DNA from: Candidatus Nomurabacteria bacterium
Lineage (GTDB): Bacteria > Patescibacteriota > Saccharimonadia > Saccharimonadales > JAGQNJ01
Direction of reading: 5' to 3'
DNA length: 64,000 nucleotides
Assembly: GCA_023898625.1 (NCBI GenBank)
Contig: CP060231.1
Coordinates: forward strand, 413,986-477,985
In this document: in pieces, positions 9,801-19,023 of the stretch
Layout of the letters: every line of letters begins with the position of its first letter
How positions within the stretch are numbered: the first letter of the stretch is position 1
Translations under genes and position numbers: made by a program
The notes under the pieces: generated by a model
Databases searched by the model: none
Told to the model about the DNA's origin: nothing
The model's input: only the letters and a program-made list of their open reading frames with translations

Positions 9801-12800
9801 GTTGGAAGACAGCATAATTCTTCTTTGTTAAATATTGCAAATTCATCATTTAATGGGAATGTCTCCTCAAGAGCGTATAATTATTCTGATAATTTATCAT
9901 ACTCGGGTGGACTAGTTGGATATTCATACTCAACAGGAATGGAATATATCGATAGGTGGTCTCTTTTAATTCCCTCGAACTATTTAGGAATTTCGGGGGT
10001 ATCAATTACAAATAGCTCCGCGAATGCTACTGTTCATACTGAATTAGCTAGATTTGGTGGCGGAGCAGGTGGCTTAGTAGGAAGGGCAACTGTTATCAAT
10101 GTGGTTGGCTCAAGTGCTCACGGTAATACTCTAGTCGATCAAATATATGCAGATAATCTAACAGGTCCAACGTATAGCGCGGGTGGTGTAGTTGGAGAAT
10201 CAGGAATATCTTCGATAACCTCATCTGATAGCGACAACCAGGTCACTGTTAATGCTACCGGAATGCAAGATCAGTCATACGCTATGCTATATGCAGGAGG
10301 TTATATTGGCCTTGGTGATATATATCAACATTTCAATCAATTAAATAGGGATGGAGATATTGTGATACATGGACGTAATGAATTACCGACAGATAATAAT
10401 TCTTATGGCATAATAGCGGCAGGTGGCTTAGCTGGTCTTGCCATGAGTTACAAAGAGTCAACTATCGAAAACAGTACGTCTTTGAGCGATATATCTATAG
10501 ATGGAGTCAGAGGTTCCACAAATATAAATATGAGTAAGTTTATTGGCGGTTTTGTGGGTGGCTTAGTTGGATTTGCTCAGAGTGACACAAACTATGTAAT
10601 TAAGAATAGTTCTACTAGTGGTAATCTTGTGGGTACTGGCAACTCATCAAGTACACCAACCGATTTCATGCATTATTTAACCTCAGCAGGAGGTTTAATA
10701 GGACAATATCTTGGCTCAACTCTTAATCATAATACTACTATCACAGGTAGTTTGAATATTCAAAATTCGCAAAGTAGCTCTAATGTATCTGGAAAATCTC
10801 TTCCTATGAGCAGAGCGTATGCGAGCTATAGTGGAGGGGTTGGAGGTTTGGTCGGATCATTTACCTCAAGTGGGGGCAGTATTGAGCGTTCATTTTCACA
10901 AGGCGATGTCAACGGCACAAACGTAGGTGGCTTAGTCGGAAAGGCTGCATCTTATGGTGAGAGCTCGTTTTCAATCAATGATACGTACTCCACAAGTAAC
11001 GTTGTTAGTTCTAATTTGATAGTCGATGCAGAAATTGATGATCAGTTAAAAAAGATTGGTTTTAGTGGATCTGCGGGAGGTTTGGTTGGGACAATAGCTG
11101 GCGTAGACATCAATAGTTCTTATGCATCTGGAAGGGTTGAGGCGTCTGGATCAGTTGATATGATTGGTCTTGGTGTGAATAATGTTATGGTTAGTCAATC
11201 ATCAGATACTTCATTATCAAGAGTAATTTATGCTTTTAATAGCGTTGCTGGGGGGCTCGTAGGACGTTATATTCAGAATACACCAGTCGCCCAAGACGCA
11301 TTATCTGGTAGTTATATAACAAAAAGTTTCGCGACCAGTAAACTAGTCAGCCCAAATGGTAGTGAGCAAGGTGCTATTATTGGCGAATATTTTGATTACG
11401 CAACAATAGCTAGTGTGATTAATCCTGAGTTTAATATTGATAATTTAGATATTGTTAGTACACAGGATTCGTTAAGTCATGTATATCATGATCGATTTGT
11501 AACAGATTCAAATATTTGTGGTAATGAGATCTATATAACGAGCTATACGCCAGCCATTCCTGAAAATAATATACCTGAAATTGTGACTTCTGACTTTCGT
11601 GATTCTTTTAGCTGTCACCCCATCAACACCGACGGCTCTCAACCTAACTACTTCAAGAACAATTCTACCAACCCCCCCTTGAATCAATGGAACTTCTCTA
11701 CTATATGGAAGACTAACTGTACTAACTATCCAGACTTTGTAGGCTCAACCAACTGTAATCCATCCAACCCTCCAGAAAACCCAGGTAACGGCAATCCTCC
11801 AACCACCCCTACAACTCCAACCACCCCTACAACCCCAACCAATCCTCCAAAGACTCCTAGTACCACTAAACCACCTACTCCCACAGAATCAGACACCCCT
11901 TCATCTTCATCCAATAATCAGTACTACTCCAACCCTCAATCTACAGCACTACCAGCTCCCCTATCTAAAGTAGTCAAAGGTTCCTTCATGCAATCTCTAG
12001 TGAACTATACTGCTAACAATATACCTAAACCCGTAGCTAAAGCCATTCCATACAGCCTACTCATACTTCTACTAGCTCTCTCAGCCCTCTATGGCTATTC
12101 TAGCTATCTAGAAAACAAAAGAAGACAAGCTCTCCAAGCTCTCATCACTCGCTTTAAATCTCTACTATCGGCTAGAGCTACCTTCCTACGTATTACCTCC
12201 CACTACATCAATACACCGATCACTAAGATCCAAGGAACCATAGAACTACTAGCTATGGGTACTACTTCAACCACAACTGCTAATACCACAACAGCAAGTA
12301 CCAACACCACAAACAATAACTCAAGTACTAACAATAACTCTACAGGCTCTAATACCAACCCTCCTACTAATACCAGCTCTACTCCTCCAAGTAACACTAC
12401 TAGCTCTACCAGTAATCCAGGCACTACCTACACCCCTAACTCTAGCTCTCAGTCTGGTTCAGCTTCCGTAAACAGCTCTAGCAATCAGGCTAGTACCACC
12501 AGCTCCATCAGTTCTACTCCTAGCTCCCCTAATAGCATTAGTATACCTATTAATACTAACTCTAGCTCTCAGTCTGGTTCAGCTTCCGTGTTCACCTCAA
12601 CCCTAGCCACTACAGCTACCACTCTAACTATCCCAGAAGCCTCTATCGTAGCCTCTAAGTCAGCCATCAAGAGTCTCACTAACCATGCCAATGAACTACT
12701 AGATGAAGGACAATCCCTCACCGGAAGACAACAAGCTAACATCAGAAACCTAGAACAAAGAAAAGGACTTAGCTTCCTAACCCATCCTTTCTTCTGGCTC

Positions 12801-13721
12801 CCAGTAGTAGTTATCTCTACCTTAGTAGTACTACTCAACATCATCTTCATTCAAGCTGAACGCTATACCCCTACAGCTATTACTATTGCTTCTCAACTTA
12901 TCCTAGGCTTCGTTGGTGTTATAGCTTTAGGTGTCAGCTACTACTTCTACCGTTCCTTCCAGTCCCAAAGACAAGCTCTACTAACCGAACAAGAAATAGA
13001 ACAAGAGTTCAATGCTCGCCAAGCTAACTTCATAGCTGATGCCTACAACAAGCTCAACGATGACATCATAATCCTAGAAGGTGTCAGCCAAGACCTAGCT
13101 AAGTATCCTAAAGTCCGTAACTTCAACCAAGGCCTCAATGAACTAAAAGACATAGTCTCCCAACTAGAAAAACTCAGCAACCTATCTAAGCATGTCCCAG
13201 GACTGCAATACCACACCAACCTAAGCAGTACTATATCTACTACCCTAACTAACCTCAGATCCCTAGCTGACCAACAGAACATCACTATAACTACCAACAA
13301 CATCAAACCCAACCAAAACGTCAACATAGAAGCTAATGCCCTAACCCATCTACTGTCAGCTCCACTCAAGAACGCCATCTCAGCTAGTACTGCTGGCTCT
13401 AATATAGAACTATCCCAATCTATCCACAAAGCTAACAAATCTAGCCAGATAAATAAACCTAACACAGTAACCACTAACCCTAACAATACCAACCTACCTA
13501 TCCAAATAACTATTACCGATCATGGCAAAGGCATACCCCCAGAACAACTAAACAATATCTTTACCCCATTCAACTCAGCCCATAGCCTAGAACACTTCAC
13601 TGATACCGGACTAGGACTAGACCTCTACCTATGCAAAGTAATTACAGAACAATACAACGCCAACCTAACCATCACCAGCCAACCAGGAGAAGGCACAACA
13701 GTGATAGTGGGGATGGGGTGA
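6588..13721 (+). CDS. Giant surface repeat protein, C-terminal part: DUF285 repeats, FN3 domains, NHL-type beta-propeller repeats, GLUG (GGLVG) motif repeats, Pro/Thr linker, TM helix, histidine-kinase H-box, S/T/N-rich low-complexity insert, two TM helices, C-terminal HATPase_c
   Basis: Continuous 2377-codon ORF. FN3-like segments (LSAPRNLTAEVTSSTSILLAWQAPEYDGGSSISDYTIQYKP). NHL-like repeats (QGNIYTINSSNYNNKVLKFDTSGNLIDSWG). More than 15 GGLVG/GGVVG GLUG motifs. PTTPTTPTTPTTPTNPP linker. H-box LRITSHYINTPITKIQGTIELL. HATPase_c N/G1/F/G2 boxes (LTHLLSAPLKNAI; ITITDHGKGIPPEQLNNIFTPF; DTGLGLDLYLCKVI...GEGTTVIV). Confidence 0.8.
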   Translation: MDMSGMFSSFNSDLSSWNTSNVTDMSGMFSSASSFNSDLSSWNTSNVTDMSGMFSSASNFNSDLSSWDTSNVTDMSWMFGGASSFDQSLASWNMGSVTSAESMFGDPVEYYITMLEAMAGVPASEWDNSVAESVMGPGATVDDLFAYLSSIVGAEVTQANYTDFMNIEMGLSTVNYDATLTGWSSQSLQSGVTFGAGDSNYCNSETQRQNIITNYSWTINDSGKDCNFELSAPRNLTAEVTSSTSILLAWQAPEYDGGSSISDYTIQYKPTNDSAWIVLNDGISTNLNATVTSLSPGQSYDFRVSAVNSNGAGPYAETTKLLSMQTLPGVPEGFSATAYNYVDDEVNTTIYALPSLSWQEPQQGSPIDYYTLQFRKSGESAWRNYVDASIVTTNINFDFSFSSMDLQDVNNNTQEQIDLLNELNQAMILGESYEFRVAANNNLGQGLFTDPISFVPSFTTNDCSVLHDLLQMYGIKDRDSDVALNAHFVLLQNIDCSDTINWNSGDGWSPIPNDPQYVFNGEFDGNDHSINNMYINNSTDIGVGMFGILKDTNITNLSLINSNVSGHIYYDSDEGGSGSYVGILSGIASSDTTITNVTVSGSVYSEWSAGGVVGYSDSDNAGNIMINWVTSHANVSAAKGTFSGGPVGGLVGINYGGDRSQGQFTQGKFVVDTQGNIYTINSSNYNNKVLKFDTSGNLIDSWGNEGNDLDEFNQFAPNDISIDAQNNIYFSGVKKFNSNGGFEGQYGNYLGYVYVDNSDNIYVVGETDYYNGTPQAIHKINAEGTLLASFFTKEEVVGRENASPSDIVVGQNGDIYVAERYSNQVRRYDSNGIYIGSIELVNGNNELMITNDNHLYALGNGSISQYDLLGNLTLSIPSYSLPSYMTADEDSNIYVSNNSTHELTKYSPSGIEVGSLDAGYKADEIYAPGKIVIHGEYMYVASDYGKAIKIFNKDTFSYINKIDGKKDDNPYKTLIVDSSANGQLNAKYSGGLVGANTGNAIEDVFEVPGLELQHTNASVTINDACTFAGGLIGLTLVGTRIEDSSSGGNVSCKGGDFLDSSTSVDISTGGLVGRQHNSSLLNIANSSFNGNVSSRAYNYSDNLSYSGGLVGYSYSTGMEYIDRWSLLIPSNYLGISGVSITNSSANATVHTELARFGGGAGGLVGRATVINVVGSSAHGNTLVDQIYADNLTGPTYSAGGVVGESGISSITSSDSDNQVTVNATGMQDQSYAMLYAGGYIGLGDIYQHFNQLNRDGDIVIHGRNELPTDNNSYGIIAAGGLAGLAMSYKESTIENSTSLSDISIDGVRGSTNINMSKFIGGFVGGLVGFAQSDTNYVIKNSSTSGNLVGTGNSSSTPTDFMHYLTSAGGLIGQYLGSTLNHNTTITGSLNIQNSQSSSNVSGKSLPMSRAYASYSGGVGGLVGSFTSSGGSIERSFSQGDVNGTNVGGLVGKAASYGESSFSINDTYSTSNVVSSNLIVDAEIDDQLKKIGFSGSAGGLVGTIAGVDINSSYASGRVEASGSVDMIGLGVNNVMVSQSSDTSLSRVIYAFNSVAGGLVGRYIQNTPVAQDALSGSYITKSFATSKLVSPNGSEQGAIIGEYFDYATIASVINPEFNIDNLDIVSTQDSLSHVYHDRFVTDSNICGNEIYITSYTPAIPENNIPEIVTSDFRDSFSCHPINTDGSQPNYFKNNSTNPPLNQWNFSTIWKTNCTNYPDFVGSTNCNPSNPPENPGNGNPPTTPTTPTTPTTPTNPPKTPSTTKPPTPTESDTPSSSSNNQYYSNPQSTALPAPLSKVVKGSFMQSLVNYTANNIPKPVAKAIPYSLLILLLALSALYGYSSYLENKRRQALQALITRFKSLLSARATFLRITSHYINTPITKIQGTIELLAMGTTSTTTANTTTASTNTTNNNSSTNNNSTGSNTNPPTNTSSTPPSNTTSSTSNPGTTYTPNSSSQSGSASVNSSSNQASTTSSISSTPSSPNSISIPINTNSSSQSGSASVFTSTLATTATTLTIPEASIVASKSAIKSLTNHANELLDEGQSLTGRQQANIRNLEQRKGLSFLTHPFFWLPVVVISTLVVLLNIIFIQAERYTPTAITIASQLILGFVGVIALGVSYYFYRSFQSQRQALLTEQEIEQEFNARQANFIADAYNKLNDDIIILEGVSQDLAKYPKVRNFNQGLNELKDIVSQLEKLSNLSKHVPGLQYHTNLSSTISTTLTNLRSLADQQNITITTNNIKPNQNVNIEANALTHLLSAPLKNAISASTAGSNIELSQSIHKANKSSQINKPNTVTTNPNNTNLPIQITITDHGKGIPPEQLNNIFTPFNSAHSLEHFTDTGLGLDLYLCKVITEQYNANLTITSQPGEGTTVIVGMG

Positions 13722-13807
13722 GAGGTAAAATCTAATAATAAATTTACATGTTTTCATTCGACTTGTGATAAAATAATCGTTAGCACGTTAAGGAGGTATA
13801 GGTAATA

Positions 13808-14278
13808 ATGGATATTTCATCAGGTAGCAATGAAAAAGTTAAAGAATCAAAATCAGCATCACCTTCAAAGAAGAAGCTGACACCAAAGCAAAGAAAGATA
13901 ATCTTCTCAATAATTGTTGTTTTGTTATTAGTTTTTGCTGGCATAGGAATTTATAAGTATGCTTACGATAAAGGATATGATAAGGGCATGGAAGCGGGTA
14001 AGAAGGCTAGCGCTTCAAAGAGTCCAACTGATTTATTTAGCAATCTCCAAAATCCATTTAAAACACTTACTGGTTCTGTAGAAAAATTAGAAGGTGAAAA
14101 ACTTACGATTACGACAAGTAAAGGTGAAGTAAAAACACTTAAAATAACTGACAAGACCAAGATAACCAAAAAGACAGAGACGTTGAACAAGGATTCTTTA
14201 ACTAAGGGTGCTAAGGTTACTATCTTTACTACGGGCGAAGGTGATAGTTTGAGTGCTACTAGAATAGTAGTAAGATAG
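13808..14278 (+). CDS. Hypothetical membrane-anchored protein (156 aa)
   Basis: Strong RBS AAGGAGG upstream; N-terminal Lys-rich tail plus TM (IIFSIIVVLLLVFAGIGIY); Lys/Thr-rich beta-type C-terminal region. Confidence 0.55.
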   Translation: MDISSGSNEKVKESKSASPSKKKLTPKQRKIIFSIIVVLLLVFAGIGIYKYAYDKGYDKGMEAGKKASASKSPTDLFSNLQNPFKTLTGSVEKLEGEKLTITTSKGEVKTLKITDKTKITKKTETLNKDSLTKGAKVTIFTTGEGDSLSATRIVVR

Positions 14279-14324
14279 ACGGTGTTTTCCGTGCTGTTGT
14301 CGGAGAAAATTATTATATTTACAA

Positions 14325-14975
14325 ATGAAGAAGAAATCATCTAGGCTTTCAAAAAAATATAAGATTATTATATTTACGATAATGGTTTTATTTATTGTTG
14401 GTATTTTTATTGTTACGAAAAGACATAAGAATACTGAAAAACCAAACGCACCAGAGACCGTTACATATTCTACCGATACCCCAGATGAATCTAAGGCTAA
14501 TGCTGATACGTATAGTTGGAAGGGTGCCGAAAACGATCCAAAGAAATTGCGTATTCAGTCGATTGGTGTCGATGCCTATGTACAACGTATGGGGGTTGAT
14601 CAGAATAATAAGATTGCTGTACCAAACAATATTCACCTCACAGGATGGTTTACTAATAGTCAACAACCTGGACAGGATGGTCTTTCAATAATCGCTGGTC
14701 ACGTTACTGGGAAAAAAGGCGACGGGGTATTTAAGCATTTGGGTGATATGAAAGCAGGGGATTTATTTGAGGTAGAAACCGGCAGTGGCGCAATCAAACA
14801 CTACAAAGTGATTGAAGTGAAACAGATGAAAGAATCTGAGTCAGCAGATTTTTTATTTTCTCAAAAACCTAACACTAAGAGCCAGCTTAATTTGATAACT
14901 TGTGGTGGTAGATTTGACTCATCAGCCCACATGTATGATGATAGGGTTATTGTGGTTGGTGAATTGCAAGAGTGA
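14325..14975 (+). CDS. Sortase (class E/F-like cysteine transpeptidase)
   Basis: N-terminal TM anchor, catalytic His in SIIAGHV, TLxTC-type Cys motif LNLITCGG, and a conserved Arg in YDDRVIVVG. Confidence 0.85.
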   Translation: MKKKSSRLSKKYKIIIFTIMVLFIVGIFIVTKRHKNTEKPNAPETVTYSTDTPDESKANADTYSWKGAENDPKKLRIQSIGVDAYVQRMGVDQNNKIAVPNNIHLTGWFTNSQQPGQDGLSIIAGHVTGKKGDGVFKHLGDMKAGDLFEVETGSGAIKHYKVIEVKQMKESESADFLFSQKPNTKSQLNLITCGGRFDSSAHMYDDRVIVVGELQE

Positions 14976-15064
14976 TTTACTGCAAGTTACTTGATGTAGC
15001 CTATAATTTTTATTATACTAAAGCTTATATAAGTATTTATCGAAAAACAGGGTAACAAACTAAT

Positions 15065-15721
15065 ATGCCAAGACTACCAATACCAGGGTCAGATAGAGGT
15101 CAGTGGGGCGATGTGCTCAATGAATACTTGAGGGTTTCCCATAATGAAGACGGTACCCTGAAGGGATCGTTAATTTCAGGTCCTGGCGCTACCGGTGCCA
15201 CCGGCCCACAAGGCCCAGCTGGTTCACAAGGCGCAACGGGTGCTACTGGCGCTGGTTCTACCGGTGCCACCGGCGCCACTGGACCGCAAGGTGTAGCTGG
15301 TTCTCAAGGCGCCACCGGAGCTGGATCTACAGGTGCCACCGGGCCACAAGGAATAGCTGGTGTAGCTGGAGGTGCTGGTGCTACCGGCGCCACTGGACCG
15401 CAAGGTGTAGCTGGTTCTCAAGGCGCCACCGGAGCTACTGGCGCTGGCGTTACGGGAGCCACCGGACCACAAGGGCCAGCTGGTTCTGCTGGTACTCAAG
15501 GTGCAACGGGCGCTACCGGAGCTGGTGCTACAGGTGCCACCGGACCACAAGGAATAGCTGGTGTAGCTGGAGGTGCTGGCGCCACCGGCGCTACTGGCCC
15601 GCAAGGCGTAGCCGGTAATTCGGGTGAAGGTGTTATTGTAGTGGCTTCAAACTGGGTTACAACTGATGGATTGCCTTCAGGAACTCCAACAGGAACAATT
15701 ATTCTTAGGAGAAAGCCATAA
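15065..15721 (+). CDS. Collagen-like triple-helix repeat protein (Gly-X-Y), no signal peptide
   Basis: About 45 consecutive G-X-Y triplets ([16 protein letters not shown]...), GC-rich relative to its flanks; N-terminal region without a hydrophobic leader. Confidence 0.8.
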   Translation: MPRLPIPGSDRGQWGDVLNEYLRVSHNEDGTLKGSLISGPGATGATGPQGPAGSQGATGATGAGSTGATGATGPQGVAGSQGATGAGSTGATGPQGIAGVAGGAGATGATGPQGVAGSQGATGATGAGVTGATGPQGPAGSAGTQGATGATGAGATGATGPQGIAGVAGGAGATGATGPQGVAGNSGEGVIVVASNWVTTDGLPSGTPTGTIILRRKP

Positions 15722-16177
15722 ATGGGGTTGGTTCTCGGGAAAGATGGTAAAACTCGATCTGTTGAAATTAACACAGGCTCAGCTGTGTCTCAAATTTCTA
15801 CTCTTTATGTCGGGTTGCTACAGTCTGCCCCAGCAAATATGGACGGTATGGATTTAGCGACTTTAATATCTTCTGGTCAAGGAAATGAGTTTACGATAGG
15901 TGCTTCGTTTTATACTGGTAGAAAATCAATAACAGTAGGTTCTATTAGTGCCGATGAAAATGGTGCAATTTGCTATAACAATAACGGTAGTCCTGTTGAG
16001 TGGACAAATACAACCGGCTCTGACGTTAATGTGCTAGCTTTTTTTATTACGGACGTTGCTAGTGGTGGATCTGGCAAAGTTTTATGGGTTGGAACACCAG
16101 ACGCTGGCACTGCAACAATCGGCAACACATATAAGGCAAGTATTTCTGCAAACGATTTAATGCTCAAGGTAGACTAA
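15722..16177 (+). CDS. Hypothetical protein (151 aa), translationally coupled to the collagen-like gene
   Basis: ATG directly abuts the TAA of the upstream gene (TAAATG); no signal peptide; no known domain. Confidence 0.55.
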   Translation: MGLVLGKDGKTRSVEINTGSAVSQISTLYVGLLQSAPANMDGMDLATLISSGQGNEFTIGASFYTGRKSITVGSISADENGAICYNNNGSPVEWTNTTGSDVNVLAFFITDVASGGSGKVLWVGTPDAGTATIGNTYKASISANDLMLKVD

Positions 16178-18970
16178 GTGGCAACTAACGTATCAGTATC
16201 AGTTGCTCAGTCTACTCATGATGGGTTCCAAGCATGGAATCAGCGAGGAAATGCAAGTGGCGTAGACTTTACTACGGCTCTAAAGTATCCAATTATTGGG
16301 CCACACTATGATGATTCTTTATTTCTTGCAACATTCTATATTTTTAAGTTTGATAATGTTCCACAGGGGTCTCAAATTAGTTCATGCACATTAAGCCTAA
16401 GAACAAACAACGCATATACCGGTGGATTAACAAATCACATTTATGTCGCGGTTGAAAATAATTTGGATGTTAATGGCTCAGGAGCGGTGGTCAATGGAAC
16501 TTTAGGCTCAATGCCGTGGCAGAGGCTGGGTCGACAGACTGCCTCAACAACACTGTTCGGTAACAGATGTGGTCCAACTCACAATAAGGCTGGTTTTGAT
16601 CTATCGAATTATGGTGCTCATGTGCGTGATTCTAGCGCACTAATATATAAGGCGTTTTGCACAAATCAAAGTAGTGGTTCGGCGCTTGGTAGAGATTTGA
16701 GTGCGGGGAGTTGGGTGGATACTGAAAATTTTGCATCTGCCATTCAGCCATTAGTTAATGATTCTGGATGGAATAGTACTACTCAGTATGTCATGGTCTA
16801 TTTATTCGCTGATGATGATTCTGGTACAACTTATAATGTCGGTAATCTAGGAAGCTTTACTTGGGATAACGGTACGGTTGGTGCGACTGGATATGGCAAT
16901 GGTAACGGCCAAAACTACTTTTACGACCAAAGTGCTGGTTTATATGCGCCAAAGATTAATTTAACATACACATCTGCGTCACTAAAGGCAGTTAATTCGG
17001 GCTCTTTAAGTTCAGGCAATGTTCGATTAAGACCAGCATTATGTTTGGGGAGTGCAAGCGGAACTAGGGTAGAGCTTTTATTAGGCAATGGAGTAATACC
17101 AAAAATGACAGCTGGTGCGGGAGATAAATTATTCACCTGGATGGATTCTTATAATCCGAATGGTACGGCTTGGGGTGCTTCAGGAGGGAATCCTCCTGGT
17201 GCCAGAATAAAATGGGATGGTATTCGGCCAGGTCGTGTAGATGGAACATCAATATTCTTAGAAGATTATCCAGGGGATACTCCAAGGTTAAGTTGGCAGA
17301 TTGGTGAATATCAATCTGAATATTCTAGCAGAAATGTATATTCATTACGTTTTTATCATCGTTACGAGGGTAATTCTGGTACTGTAACAGATAATGGGGT
17401 TGTAGAAATTCTCAATGGAGGAGCAGGACAATTCCGGATTGAGCACAAGCATTATGATGGATCAACCCTTATGCAATTAAGAATTGCTTGGTCTGGCAAC
17501 GCAACCGCTTGGACTAGTTATCAATTTACTCCACCTGCTGGCAATGGATACTACAGATATGAAATACAGGTTGATTCAACTCAAACCCCAAAGGTCAGAC
17601 TACGCGTATATTTAAATGATAACACCACGCCAATCGAAACATTAACTGCAAGTCCACCAAATGTTGAGATGGATGAAGTTCGTTTTGGAGGATTCGATAC
17701 TGATACTACGCCACTAATGAGCTCTAGGCTTTCAGACGTTGAAATCTGGACTGATTATTTGCTTAACAGGAGGTATCCAGACTCTCTGACTAATACGGTT
17801 GGAACACCATATGAGCCACAGAAATGGGCATGGTTTGAATATGATGGTACTACATCAAAGCAATTGGATGATCTAGGTGAAGTTAGCTCAATTGATGGTG
17901 GTGGTGGCAGTGTTGTTTTGGATTCCTCAAAAGCACTGACTTATGAAGATATAAAGGCGGAGCTTTGGACGGGCGCGACACCCAACTATACCCTGTATTC
18001 AGATTTAAGTTATGGCGCAGGAAATTATCGTAAACTTGATCTATACATACCTACAGGCACGCCTCCTGCAAATGGTTGGCCAGTAATATTATGGGCGCAT
18101 GGAGGCTACTGGTCATCTGGAAACAAGACCACAATCCCTAATCAGTTTGTCCGAAACTGTTGCCTTAAAGGCTATGCGGTTGCGTCACTAGAGTATGTGT
18201 TGCACACAGTGATAACATCAGGTGCAGGTAGTTACCCCGCCTGGGATCCAAATACTGCCTCTGGGCGTTATCCAACTATGATATTGAACTACAAAGAAGC
18301 AACATATTGGCTAAAAACTAAATCTTCAACAAATAGCGGAGGAGATGGTACGTATAATATTGATGCAGGTAAGTTCATTGCATCTGGTCATTCAGCTGGA
18401 GGATACAATGCACTCGGTGCTGTAGTAAGTAAAGGCTTGACTAATGATGGTGGTGGACGTGATCTTACTTTAGCCGGAAACGTGGGCTCTTTTGGTTGCC
18501 CAAACGTAGCAGATCCAACATATCTGGGCGCATATATTGTGGCTGGACCAATCAATTTAAATTATCTTAAATCTTGGGATCCTACACATCCAGACTGGCC
18601 ATATTTAGATGCTGGGGCAGGAAGTATCTATGCGACATGTCGCGTGTTTCGGGGTGAGAATTACAATAATGGTGTTGGGGATGTTAACAACTGTGGCATT
18701 GACGACATGGTCTTACTTAATCCTTCTGTCATACCAAGCATTGCATATGCTTGGGCCCCCTCTGATAATGTCGTTGTCAGTAATCCGCGGACTCCTTATT
18801 CTCAAGAGAAAAGGCTTTCTGATGTAATGACAACCGTGGCGGGCTCGCTACCTCCAACTACTACTTATGAAGGATATGAGGTCTATGACGCCTTGCATCA
18901 CACGATACACGACGTAGATTTTGATTTTCAACATTTTTTCAGATGGCTAGAATCATTACCAGGACTATAG
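16178..18970 (+). CDS. Large protein with LamG/concanavalin-like jelly-roll region and C-terminal alpha/beta-hydrolase (esterase/lipase) domain
   Basis: GTG start abutting the upstream stop. C-terminal LDLYIPTG..GWPVILWAHGGYWSSGNK (oxyanion HGG motif) and nucleophile elbow GHSAGG. Mid-region resembles a lectin/LamG jelly roll. No N-terminal signal peptide. Confidence 0.7.
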   Translation: MATNVSVSVAQSTHDGFQAWNQRGNASGVDFTTALKYPIIGPHYDDSLFLATFYIFKFDNVPQGSQISSCTLSLRTNNAYTGGLTNHIYVAVENNLDVNGSGAVVNGTLGSMPWQRLGRQTASTTLFGNRCGPTHNKAGFDLSNYGAHVRDSSALIYKAFCTNQSSGSALGRDLSAGSWVDTENFASAIQPLVNDSGWNSTTQYVMVYLFADDDSGTTYNVGNLGSFTWDNGTVGATGYGNGNGQNYFYDQSAGLYAPKINLTYTSASLKAVNSGSLSSGNVRLRPALCLGSASGTRVELLLGNGVIPKMTAGAGDKLFTWMDSYNPNGTAWGASGGNPPGARIKWDGIRPGRVDGTSIFLEDYPGDTPRLSWQIGEYQSEYSSRNVYSLRFYHRYEGNSGTVTDNGVVEILNGGAGQFRIEHKHYDGSTLMQLRIAWSGNATAWTSYQFTPPAGNGYYRYEIQVDSTQTPKVRLRVYLNDNTTPIETLTASPPNVEMDEVRFGGFDTDTTPLMSSRLSDVEIWTDYLLNRRYPDSLTNTVGTPYEPQKWAWFEYDGTTSKQLDDLGEVSSIDGGGGSVVLDSSKALTYEDIKAELWTGATPNYTLYSDLSYGAGNYRKLDLYIPTGTPPANGWPVILWAHGGYWSSGNKTTIPNQFVRNCCLKGYAVASLEYVLHTVITSGAGSYPAWDPNTASGRYPTMILNYKEATYWLKTKSSTNSGGDGTYNIDAGKFIASGHSAGGYNALGAVVSKGLTNDGGGRDLTLAGNVGSFGCPNVADPTYLGAYIVAGPINLNYLKSWDPTHPDWPYLDAGAGSIYATCRVFRGENYNNGVGDVNNCGIDDMVLLNPSVIPSIAYAWAPSDNVVVSNPRTPYSQEKRLSDVMTTVAGSLPPTTTYEGYEVYDALHHTIHDVDFDFQHFFRWLESLPGL

Positions 18971-19023
18971 GTGTGATTCTTTTACAACAGCTTGCTTTCC
19001 GCAGTAAGTGCTAGTATTTAATT

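Noticed and set aside
11726-12850. Antisense ORFs in the Pro/Thr and Ser/Thr/Asn low-complexity coding stretches of the giant gene
   Set aside because: Low-complexity codon repetition leaves alternative frames open. The translations are homopolymeric Val/Gly/Leu strings.
15224-15774. Antisense ORFs 15224..15604 and 15496..15774 in the collagen-like gene
   Set aside because: The GC-rich GXY codon bias suppresses stops in the other frames. Their translations are low-complexity Ala/Ser/Thr/Pro strings.
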